The notes below the pieces were generated by a model. The model was not told where the DNA came from. It searched no databases and saw only the letters and a program-made list of their open reading frames with translations. Shown in pieces: positions 12,902 to 23,990 of a stretch of 34,773 nucleotides of DNA. The translations under genes and the position numbers were made by a program. Position 1 is the first letter of the stretch. Every line of letters begins with the position of its first letter. This DNA comes from Selaginella moellendorffii (taxonomy: Eukaryota > Plantae > Lycopodiophyta). The stretch spans positions 16,233-51,005 of the forward strand of contig NW_003314372.1 of NCBI RefSeq assembly GCF_000143415.4, written 5' to 3'.

Positions 12902-15141
12902 GCCAATGATATTTCCTCTTGAGTAAGCCCATCGTCTTGGGCACTCTGCCGTGTCCCATAAGAGGTCTATCATGACACTCCTCTAAGGCTACCTTCCTTA
13001 GTTCCCCTTCTGGAACATACACCCTCGTTTGCTTGTAATATATGAGTCCGTTGCGTTCCGCATAGCCTGTTTTCTCTTCCGTTGGCAGCTCACCTCTCTG
13101 GTGAGCTTCCCGTGCCTCTAGATTCCTCAGCAACACTTCTTGTGCTAGACTGTCGTTCTCATATGCGGTTCGCACATCATCCCAAAAGGTTGCTGTCACG
13201 CTGGTTATCGCCAACTTCAAGCTCGCTTTTCGACTTAGCGCATCTGCCATGATGTTGCTCTTCCCAGGCTTGTACAAAATCTCACAATCAAACTCAGCCA
13301 AAGCATTGGCCCACCGACCTTATTTTCCCCTTAGGTCGGGCTGTGACAAGAAGTATTTCGTTGCCACATTGTCCGTCTAAACTTTGAAGTGTCTCCCAAG
13401 GTAGTGTCGCCACTCCTTGAGTGCCTTGACCACCGCAAACAATTCCTTCTCATGGGCAGGCCACTTCCATTGAGCCTTGTCCAACTTCTTCGAGAAGAAC
13501 GCTACTGGATGGTTGTCTTGCTTCAAAACTGCGCCCAACACAAAGTCTGAAGCATCTGTTTCTACCTCAAAGTCCTTACCAAAGTCTGGTAATGCCAACA
13601 CGGGAGCCTTCCTCAATTTCCCCTTGAGGTGGACGAATGCCGCCTTGCATTCCACTGTCCATACCATCTTCCCTTTTCCCGTTTGGTCCATTAAGGGCAG
13701 GGCTACTCTCGAATAGTGTCTGATAAACTTTCGATAGTAGTTGCATAGCCCCAGGAATGCCCTTAACTCATGTACATTCTATAGTCGCTCCCAATCTTGG
13801 ATCATTTGGACCTTTTCAGGGTCCACCTTGAGCCCGTCCTTGCCCATCACATGCCCGAGAAACTTTACCTCTTGTTGAGCAAAGTCACATTTGCTCTCTT
13901 TAGCATACAGCTGGTGTTCCCTTAGTTTCTCAAACACCTTCGTCAAGTGTTCGACATGCTCCTCTAGCGTTTCGCTATAGATCAGGATGTCGTCAATATA
14001 GACGACCAAGTGATCCAAATAAGGTACAAAGATATGGTTCATCAACGCCGAAAACGTTGCCGGCGCATTGTATAGCCCGAAGGGCATCACTAGAAACTTG
14101 AAGCTCCCATACCTCGTTCGACAGGTTGTCTTCTCGACATCTTCCTCTGCTACCCTGATCTGGTAGTATCCTGACCTTAGGTCAATCCTCGAGAAGTATT
14201 TTGCCTTTCCCAACCTATCGAACAAGTCCTCAATCCTTGGCAAAGGGTACTTATTCTTCTTTGTATACTTGTTGAGCAACCGGTAGTCTATGCACATGCG
14301 CATAGATCCATCTTTCTTTTTCACAAATAGCACTGGCGCCCCATACAGCGACTTGCTCAACCTAACATACCCTTTGTCCACCAACTCCTCTAGTTGGCGC
14401 TTGAGCTCCGCGAGTTCTTTTTCGTTCAAACGATAGGGGGGGCAAACCACTGCCTCAGCACCCTCGACCAGCTCAATCTTATGTTCTATCGGTTGTGCGG
14501 GGGGCAACCCCGCCGGTAGCTCCTCCGGCATGGTATCCTGGAATTGATCCAACACCCGCTGGATCACTAAAGGTACTTCTTCCGTTTCAGTCTTTTTGTC
14601 ACTTCTCACTGAGAGTAAGCACAAAAATGCAATCTTGGTCCCTTTAGTGAGTTGTCCTCTCGTGGACACCAAGTTTAGGCATGATTCTTTGGCCTTGCAT
14701 TGCCCTACCTTTAGATCCTGGGCCTCCACCCTGGATCTTCTCCCTTGGGCATTCGCCAGTACCACAAGGTTCCTAGCTTGTCCATGTAGGGCTACCATGA
14801 ACCGATTGAACCAATCCATTCTGAAGATCACGTCAAATCCCGCCATGTCCAACACGATGAAGTCCATGTCTACTTTCCAAGTCCCTACTTCGACTCTCGC
14901 TTGTCGAAGTACCTCATCAGTGCTTTGGCTACCTTGAACAAACTCTATAGTCCTTAGTTCGCCTAGCCGCTGCACCGTTAGTCCGGCTTGCCAGACTATG
15001 TCTGCAGCCACAAAATTATCCAAAGCACCCGTGTCAATAAGGATCTTAACAAAGCTACCTCTGAACTTCCCTCAGAGGGCTAGTAGATGTCGCGAACGAC
15101 TCTCTACCAAGGTTGTTCGTGTAATGAGTAACTTTGAGCTA
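12902..15141 (-). pseudogene. pol: pol 5' part: aspartic protease, reverse transcriptase, RNase H, integrase N-terminus
   Basis: ILIDTGA; [45 protein letters not shown]; ETDASD...EKELFAVV; YKPGKSNIMADALSR; ECHD...GH; several in-frame stops. Confidence 0.96.
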
Positions 15142-15782
15142 ATGCTCTATTTCGTTAAAGTGGGATTTATTCAGTAAAATGGGACTAGGTACAAATTTTC
15201 AAGTATTTGAAAATGACGTGAAATTATATGTTTTTTGTCCAGGGGCTAGACATATCTGGGGCATGGTGACTAGCGCGGTGACTTTATGTCCAGACTGAGT
15301 CCATCTGGTTGTATAATAAATCTCATTGTCAAGGTGAACAAGCTGAATCTGAAGCTAAAGAAGAGTGATGGCATGCGCGCACACACTATTTGTTTGTTCA
15401 TTGAGCGTGTGGTGAGCTTTCCAAGATGAACGTCATTCCTATTAGCCAGACATATAACTTAATGGTGAGAACATTTAGATATTATTCAATGTTATCTTTT
15501 TCTAACGAATCTAATTGTGAAGGTGTAGCGAGAAGTCATTTAACTCATTTGACCCTTAGTGTATTTTCATGAAACTAAATAACATTCATATTATTAAGGA
15601 ATTTCTCTAGTAGCTCTTTTTTACGACATAGAGGCTTGCATTTCTTTCAAAGGTGATTTAGTAAAAGGCCTGAGGGCACATGCCATTCTATTTCTCAGAC
15701 CGGTATTAAGATATACTAGTGCAAAGGGAAAAAGGTATTTGGTGATCAAGTAAATGGCATGAGGGCACACGCCATTATAAGC

Positions 15783-16107
15783 CTAAGCGCTAGTGGACAC
15801 CTCCTTTTTGGTACTCTCAGCGGTACTATCATCCTTCTCCGGGTCAGTTGTTTTGCTTTGGATTGTTGTCTCTGACGTTACTGGGGCGTTCTCGATAGTT
15901 GTTAATGTTGCCGTTTGTTCAGAAAAATGATCACCTGGAGTATAGTACGGGGAGTTTGGAAGACTTATATATTCTACATCTTCACCTATCTCCTTCTCCG
16001 TCTCCTTTTCTGCCTCACTTACAGATTTTGTGCTTGCCATGAGAACGCTCTTCACCCTAAAATATGGAGTTCGTTGTGTTATAAAAGGAAACCAACACAC
16101 ACGCTGC
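15783..16107 (-). CDS. Probable terminal low-complexity exon downstream of the transposase
   Basis: 108-aa S/T/E/K-rich ORF preceded by an acceptor-like CCCTTGCAG; the transposase ORF has a donor-like GTGAGA near 16760. Confidence 0.35.
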
Positions 16108-16705
16108 AAGGGAATGATGGTACATAAAGCAAGCCCACAATATGGGTTTATGTGCCATTAATATGGGCCACACGCCATATTATTAGATTTATGCACGTGT
16201 GATTGGTAAATGCATATGTCACATCATCTTTGTTTTACCTCACACACTATATCAGGCCTAATGAACCATATCACATGTGCGCACATGCTATATATATGGA
16301 GAAGTATTATGCAAGGATAGAAATTCAATGCATGATTGTGGAGAGCAATGGCATGAAGCCACATGCTAAATAACATTTTAGAGAAAGAATTAAAATAAAA
16401 ACATGCAAACAGTACTAAGTGGACCAAGACTTAGAAGTGCACAATTGAATGAGGTATTTCTAATAAATACTTCACTCACCTCATATAGGAATGGCTACCA
16501 CTCTCAAATGGCGTATCACCTCATGCCATCACCTCGCAATTTGTTATAACAATCCGATGAATTCATATTCGGCTTGTTCACCTTAAACTTTAAGTAAGAT
16601 TTGCTAGAACAACTAAGAATTTATACTTGTTATTTGTATCATCTCACCTAGGAATGGCGTAAGGCCACATGCCATCACGCCTCCTCTGATTCAGATTCGG
16701 ATTGT

Positions 16706-19700
16706 TCACCTTGAAATAAAATACATTAGAAACTTAGTAAAGGAATATTCATGAATCTCACCTTGAACCCGGGTTATGAATGCTCTTGCTGCATCTCTTG
16801 CATGGTCTGGCAAGGTGATGGTGGCACTCTGCTTCCGCATCCAACCATGCACAACATTATCCACCGATATGCTCATGCTGGGATCCCTTGGATTCAGCAC
16901 CCATCTCTTTTCTAGGCAATCCTTCGTATATCCGGAACTTGGCTTGAACCACTCCACAGTTACATTGAAGGAGTTAGTTTCCGCGTCCTCCTCTGCATCA
17001 GTGATGCAGCGCCCCACCCATATCATTTGTTTTTTATTACTGGGTCTGACAAGCACGACCATTCCTTTGCAGACCTGTACTGGATTGAATGCTGAATCCG
17101 GCTTCTTGTTCCTCGGCCCACAATAGTGATCCTCAACATCGTTATCTGTCACTGCATTTCCAGAGGACATTGTTCCGCTACTATCTGGTGCTCTGGGTTC
17201 TGGCCAAAAGGACTCTTCCAATTTTTCATATACAACCGGCCCATTTTGGATAGCAGATATAATCTTCTCCCAGTATTCGAGCAAAGGCTTGCACCTCTGA
17301 AAATAGGATTCTCCACCAAACACCAACCCCCTCTTCCAGAAGGCAATATGCTGTCTAATCCCGGCCACTATACTTTCCTGGTCTTTGAGTCCATCCGGGT
17401 GCATCGGCCGTGGGGAACCCTGAGGAATCATAGGTTCCCCAGTTATGAGATCTCTCTTGAAGAGTTCAATGCCGTCCACTGGCAGCCACACTGTGTCCCA
17501 TTCTCTCATCTTGTACCTCATCACTGGAGCACCGTCACACATGCTGAAATGAAACTGAAGAGGCTTGGAGTGGCCAATCAGCGTTTCGGATCCGTCCTTG
17601 ATGTAGCCTCTTACAAACCCCTTAAAGTCTGGAACCTCTGTCAGAAGTGCAGCTTCAACAGTGCCTTTGATGCAATTTTGGAATTCATCGTAGAGTTGTG
17701 GGAGGGTGAGGACATTGGATCGCCGGAGGGACTCTGCCAGGTGACTGAACATGGCATCGACGTCTTCATGAGTGTGCCCAACCATGAGAAAGCCAAGTGT
17801 AACCGTTTCAAATATGCCTTTGGCAACAAGCATCGCCAAGTACGCGAAGACGTACATGTTTCTGTTCTCACTGCCAGCATTGTCTGTTTGGAGCAGAAGA
17901 TGGGGTGGAAGGCCACATCGGCTGCAAGAACTTCCTTGAGATTCTGCTTCATTTGGATGAGGCTGTGCATTCACCGGGCGACCAGCCTCGTCGGAATGGC
18001 ATGAGGCCTCACGTGATAACCCTACAATCTGACGGCCAACATATTCACTGGGATGGCATGGGGCCCCACGTGATACTGCAAGCCTTTGCTCCTCCTCCAG
18101 CTGAACCCTGTATGGGGTTCGATCGACAAGGGCCTTATGCAAGGGTTGGCCATTCAGCTCAGTCTGCGCACTTTGCAGAGACCTTAAGTGTTTTGCTAGG
18201 GACGCAATCATCATGTTTGCACCCCCGCCACCCCATAGAGGTACAAAGAAGTTCCCATAGTTCTGGGCACCATGCCCATGAGCGATTATGCCAAACAGAG
18301 ACACAGGCAGCTGCATGGATGAAGAGATTGCCTTGGGGGCAGGATTGAGTCGAGGTAAGCACATCTTTTTCTGGTCCATTTTGTCGTGGATGATGCAGAG
18401 GTAAGAGTCAGGTCTCTCCATGGAGAGAATCCTGTTATGATAATATGCAGTCCTGCAGCTTCTCTGCTCGATGTTGTGGTCGAGCCGCCTTCTAACCAAC
18501 GTCTCTCGCTCTTGAGCGCTGCAAGAATTCTTCGACAAAGCCATTTTGATAGCAGTGCACTCGTCACACTTTGAAAAGCTGGAGTACTTTCTTATACTCA
18601 CATCCCTGACCTGTTGCTCCACAATCTACTAAATCTAGATTGGCTCAGCTTCCTGTAGCCATTACTCTGGAGTTCCCGATTCACATCTTCCAATATGGCT
18701 CCCTTGGTATACATGGAAGGGAGAACTCGTTGGGTGTCTCGTGTTCCATCTTCCAAGACGCGGGTTTTATGTGGTTGCTGCTCGCTACATGTCTCGACAA
18801 ACCTCTTGAAGATTGCCTCTCCATATACAACATGACCCCTGGTTTTGTGCGTATCGTCGTTCCCATGGACTGCCTGTTGAACCCTTTGTTCCTCGAACTC
18901 AGTTTTGATTCTGTAGAATGTGGTTCGAGGGACTCCATAAATGATTCTCCATGCCTTCATGCAGACCAAACCCCTCTTGAAGACCATGCCCCCCACCTGA
19001 TGTTCTGAAGCATCAACAGATGACCGTAATGCCTCATACACAAAATTGCGAGCTGCCTTCTAGGACAATGTCTTGTATCTTGCTCTCTCCTCTTCAATAG
19101 CATCCCAATCAGCATGTTGACAGCACCTCCTCTTGCAACAAGCAACTGTCGAGACCATTCGAACCTCCATCGCCATTTTCTGCCTTTTCGGTTCGTTGCT
19201 CAGATCCCTTTGGCTGCGCTTTAGGAAGGTGTACTTTCTTTTCCCATGAAGAGATGTTCTGTCATCAGTTGTAGTGGTGTTTGATTGTGAATCCTTCACA
19301 TTTTCAAACACTAAGTGCCTCAATTTCCACCGCACAATGCTTCCAATAGTCAGACTGTTTTCTTCTGTGTCAACAACCTCTAAAATCGCAACTCCAATAT
19401 CATCCCAGCCCAATTCTTGATTAGCAACCGCATCTCTTGGATCGACAACTGTGGCTAAGCCCTCAGCTACCACCTCCCCCTCGGGGTTGTTTAGAAACAC
19501 CTTCGCCTGAATCCATGTAGCACGGTTCTTAAGATCCACGGAGGGAACATGCGCGCACTTGCGCTGTCCCCAACATCTGCTTTCTTCTGAAGATTTTTCA
19601 AGGCAACAACAACATTTACCCCGACGACCATCTCTCCTCGTTCAATAGCGACCACATTCCCATCAAAGACAGTCTCTACTAATACAGCAGCATTGCCTTC

Positions 19701-19814
19701 CCCAAGCCTTTGACAGTGTATAACAAAGTTCCGATCCATAGACACAAGGGTCCCTTTTGCAACTCTCTTCCCACCATTCAAAATGTAAACCTTTTCCCCA
19801 ACCCTGAAGGCCAT
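16706..19814 (-). pseudogene. DDD-type transposase (Sola1/DUF7869-like), broken by ~3 frameshifts
   Basis: Consecutive ORFs 19814-19491, 19539-19060, 19041-18598, 18622-16706. Two tandem VA(K/E)G...LG...V N-terminal modules, CCKRRCC, VCMKAW..IYG, FSKCDEC, IIHDKMDQ, QTDNAGSENRN, FLMVGHTHEDVDAMFS. Confidence 0.85.
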
Positions 19815-20179
19815 TCTGAAAGTGCAGAAAAGAAGTTAAGACCATACAAAAAATGATTGGAGAATGGCCTAAATCATAACATACCAAACAACCTCAATAG
19901 CATGAGGCCACATGCCATTATTCAAACATGTTATTGACACCCACGTGAAATTTCGCATTCACAAAATTGGCATGAGGCCTCATGCCATCTTGATATACAC
20001 ACAGCTGCAGGCAAGTAAAAACATACATGACAATACGCTAGGCATGAAATTGCAAGGGCCCAAGATGGCATGTGGCCTCATGCCATTTCTAAATGTGGTC
20101 CTAAGCCATTCCATGGTGAACATACCAGGAAGCACAAGTGCCGAATATCAAGAGGAAGCGGTAGCCACACCAAAGACAG

Positions 20180-20310
20180 TGCCGCTCGCAACACCGCAAC
20201 TACTCATAGCGCCGCTCGCAACACCGCAACTGCTCGTAGCGCCGCTCGCACAAACTGCCACTCGCATAAACTGCCGCTCGCAATGGCGCTCGCAATGCCG
20301 CAACCGCTCG
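20180..20310. repeat. GC-rich ~30-bp tandem repeats (GCCGCTCGCA core) upstream of the transposase
   Basis: GCCGCTCGCAACACCGCAACT.CTC.TAGC repeated, then degenerate copies. Confidence 0.75.
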
Positions 20311-20689
20311 TAGACGCATAAACCACAGCCCACAACGCCACTTACACAAGCAGCGCTCACTGCGCTCAGCGGAACCAAGAACACGGCGCACAAAAATGAT
20401 AGACCTAGGAATGAGTTCGAGAATTCAAAAATAACACATGCTTGAACGTCACATCAAATCCTCTGACAAACCAGATTTTATGATTCCTCTGACAAATTTC
20501 AAACTGAGTAGCTTCTAGACTTTGCTGTCGGAGGTTGAACTTTGTCACATCATGTCCTTGCCTCGATCCAGCTGTGCCATGTCAGTGATTTGAACTTTGC
20601 CATGCCATGTCAGCGATCCGCGCCAAGATTATTCGCCGTGTAAAGGAATAATTATGCTGTGTATGTACGTCCATTTATGGCAATATAAG

Positions 20690-22030
20690 GCCACACGCCA
20701 TTCAAAGAATAATGCTAGTCAAGCATTTTTTGGTGCATTTTTGGGTTCAAAATTGCATGAGCCCACACGCTATAAACTTTACCTGTACCAAAAATAGAAA
20801 CAGCTTTATTTACTTGGGAATTTAAGTGGTTGAGGCATTTTTAAACTTACAAACACATGCCCTACTTACATTCCTTTGGTTGCTTAAAATTCAAAAATAT
20901 TATAAACCTTTCTTTTTGCATTTTCAATGTTTTCAATTATGGTTTTTGATTTTCACAGGACCAGCCTAGTAATCTATTTGCATCCTGTCATGTTTATAGC
21001 TAGCTTTCGTTTGTCCCCTTCGCTAGCCTGAGATACATCTGCTCGGCATCTGCCTCTTACAGCATTTGCCCAGAAAGGGCATCTTTCTTCACGCAGCATT
21101 TGCCACATGTTTAGGGTTTAGGGTTTAGGGTTTAGCAATTCAGTAGCTTGATAAACATGCAAATACAGAACTTGATGCAAAATCCTTTGATATGTCATAA
21201 TGCCCTTAGGACCATAAACACATTTCAATAGAGAGGGTCCTTTCATTTCATAACTCCTTACGTAGATCTTGGTGAAACCAGAGTTAGTGAAGTTAGTTTC
21301 TTGTGATCTCGTATCTAATTGTGATGTCCCTTTGCAGTGTCGATGGAAAGGTCAATGCACACCAAACTATAAAATCTTGGAGCAAAATAACGGTCAGATT
21401 TATGGCAAATGCCCCTGAAACATTGTAAGGCTCGTGTGGTCTCATGTGGTGTCCGATCGAGATGCTTCTTTGCAGGGTCATCAAGAAAGACATTGTATAC
21501 CATTCTGTAAAATCTAGTTGCGATCTAACGGTTGGATCTCCAGAAAACTCAAAAAAATCTCGCGCGTGTCAGAATATTCTAGGAATATACTCCTATGTGC
21601 CCCTGAAAATGGCATGTGGCCCCACACCATTCAAGAGATAACGCCAGATGACGCCGAGAATTTTTTGGTGCATTTTTTGGGTTCAAAATTGCATGAGCCC
21701 ACACGCTATAAAGTTTATCTTTGCCAAATAGAGAAAAGTTTATCTGTGTCATGTGAGGTAGTTACAGTCCTTTGTGCTCGGCATCTGCCTCTTGCAGCAT
21801 TTGCACTGAAAGGGAATTTTTCTCCATTCAGCATTTGGCTCTGAAAATGGCATGCGCCCACACGCCATTCAAGGAATAACGCCACAGGACACCTGGATTT
21901 TTAGGTTTAAAATGTTTAGGGTTTTTTGGGTTTTTTCAAAATATTTTGGGTCCAACGTTTTTTGGGTTTCTTTGGTTCAAAATTGCATGAGCCCACACGC
22001 TATAATATTGATTTGAGAGAAAAATAGAAA
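20690..22030. repeat. Three diverged direct repeats in the intergenic spacer
   Basis: GGTTCAAAATTGCATGAGCCCACACGCTATAA at ~20744, ~21680 and ~21974; TGCTCGGCATCTGCCTCTT.CAGCATTTGC at ~21040 and ~21775. Confidence 0.8.
21110..21135 (+). repeat. Interstitial plant telomere-type tract (TTTAGGG)3 TTTAG / telo-box
   Basis: Read directly from the sequence. Confidence 0.85.
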
Positions 22031-23589
22031 CAGATAGAATTTCTTTATTTAGCTGAACATCTGCCATTTTTGGAAATACAAGATGCTTTGGAATATCAAA
22101 TCATGCATGGTATAAATATAGCGAGGGTATTAAATGATATCCCAATCATGATCTTTCTTTTGGATTTCGCGTGCATCCAGTCCGAGGAATGATGACGTTG
22201 CGGATTTCTTTTGGATTTTGCGTGCTTGCATGCGCGCGGCAATCCAGAAATTAATGGTGGCGCCCAAGTCTGAGGAATGATGACGTGGCGGGATTACCAA
22301 CCGTTGTGACATTTCGCGCGTGTGAGGTTAGGTTTTGCATTTTGCTTCGTACTCGCGCTCGCATTGCGCTCCCACTCGCGATCACGCTCACATTCGCGCT
22401 CATCTACGTTTCTCGTGTGCATCGGCGTCCACTCGCGCTTGCATCACACTCGCGCTCGCATCGCGCTTGTGTGCATCGGCGTCTACTTCAAGACACACCC
22501 AGTTTGTAACTTCGCCGCCAACTCCGCCGCCCACTCCGCCACCCACAAGCAGCCCACTTGGCGTCCCAGGAGATTTCAGCGCCACTCTCCAACTGTAAGT
22601 GGCAGAGTAGCCTTGCTGCTACGATCCGCTGCACACAGTGCACATTCGCCAGCGAGTCCGGCCTCGATTGTCACGGCCTCCATTCGGCTTCAAATGGTAA
22701 GTCTTTTAGGCCAAGTAGAAAATGGCATGAGGCCACATGCCATTCAGTAGCAACATTGGCATGCACCGATTGGGCTCTCGAGTGCAGTCCGGTTACAGAT
22801 GGCGTGTAGCCTCACGCCATCTTAGGATGCAGCCTCAAGACATCTGATGCAGTGGTGAATGGCGTGTGGCCTCACGTTATTTCCAGCTGCTAGCTTTTCA
22901 TCTGTCAGCTCTAATTGTTGTGCATTTCTGAACAGGCGAGGAATTGCGTTCTTCTTCCAGCCACTGTCAATGTGGATGCAGACAAGGGGGAGGAGCTCAC
23001 CAGTTGGACTTTCGGGATGGAAGGCGAGGATCTGATGCTGTACAACACAGATGGTGGGAGAAAAGAATGCATGGGGATCCTCATCCAAGTGACAGACACT
23101 CCATGCAGTTCCATGCAAGAATATGGACTGGCACTTGTGGCAGAGATAGCGTCCGCCTTCAAGATCCACCTTGCACATCCTAGCGGCTTCCCGGAGGGGG
23201 GCAGCAACTATGAGGAATTCCTAGAGGGAGCTAGGGAGAGGTTGTCCAGGAGGCCCACAATTTCAAAGACGCTGCAGGTCTATGAAGATCACATGGAATC
23301 CATGGACCTCACCTACGGCGATGTTCAAAAACTATATTCCAACATTGAGCCGTTGAGATCGTGAAGCGAAGGGGAAGGGGGTCGATCTGGAAACTACCCC
23401 GAAGCAGAAAAGGGTGGTCAAACTCAAGCCGACGTCCGACTCTGCTGCTCCAAAAAAGAAGCTACTCAGTGATGCCATTGCCTCGGGTTCGAACACTACA
23501 CCCACCAAAAAGAAGAGCCGCAAAGAGCAGAAAGAGCAAGAAGAGGCAGCAAAAATCATCGCAGATAATAGTACTTGTTACTATTCCAA

Positions 23590-23990
23590 CAAAGTATATA
23601 CAATCGACGTGAGCCATATCGACATCCAAAGCAAATACAACCACAGGCTAGTATCTGATGAGTGGGTGAAGAAACTGAAGCAGAAGATGCTGGCAAGTCC
23701 AGTAACACCCAACATCGCAGACGTGATCCCCTACTACCGAACAATGAAGGGCGAGACGAGGTTTCCAGACTTGATCAATAGGAAGGTGTTGGACGATCAG
23801 AACATCCGGTTCTATGCCGTCTCCAGGTAGCATTCTAGCTTGGCGATGCAACAGATAGTTGTGGATATTATGGTGGGCGAGGAGGTGAAGAAAGTCTTCA
23901 AGACAAGAGTTGTCCGCCTGATAAAAGGCAACTCGCCCCTCCGATCTATCATATACATCTCCCACGCGCAGAATGTCAAGCAAGAAACGT
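23590..23990 (+). other. ParB/Sulfiredoxin-like N-terminal domain
   Basis: YTIDVSHIDI...NHRLVSDEWVKKLKQKM...P...VIP...FYAVS(R*)HSSLAM...ISHAQN. AGG TAG is two transitions from GGG CAG (G-Q-H..A). Confidence 0.55.

Noticed and set aside
16776-19008. Long plus-strand ORFs (e.g. 292 aa at 17126-18004)
   Set aside because: Antisense shadows of the transposase with no motifs
21110-21135. True telomere or chromosome-healing site
   Set aside because: Under four units and internal to an element with intact ends
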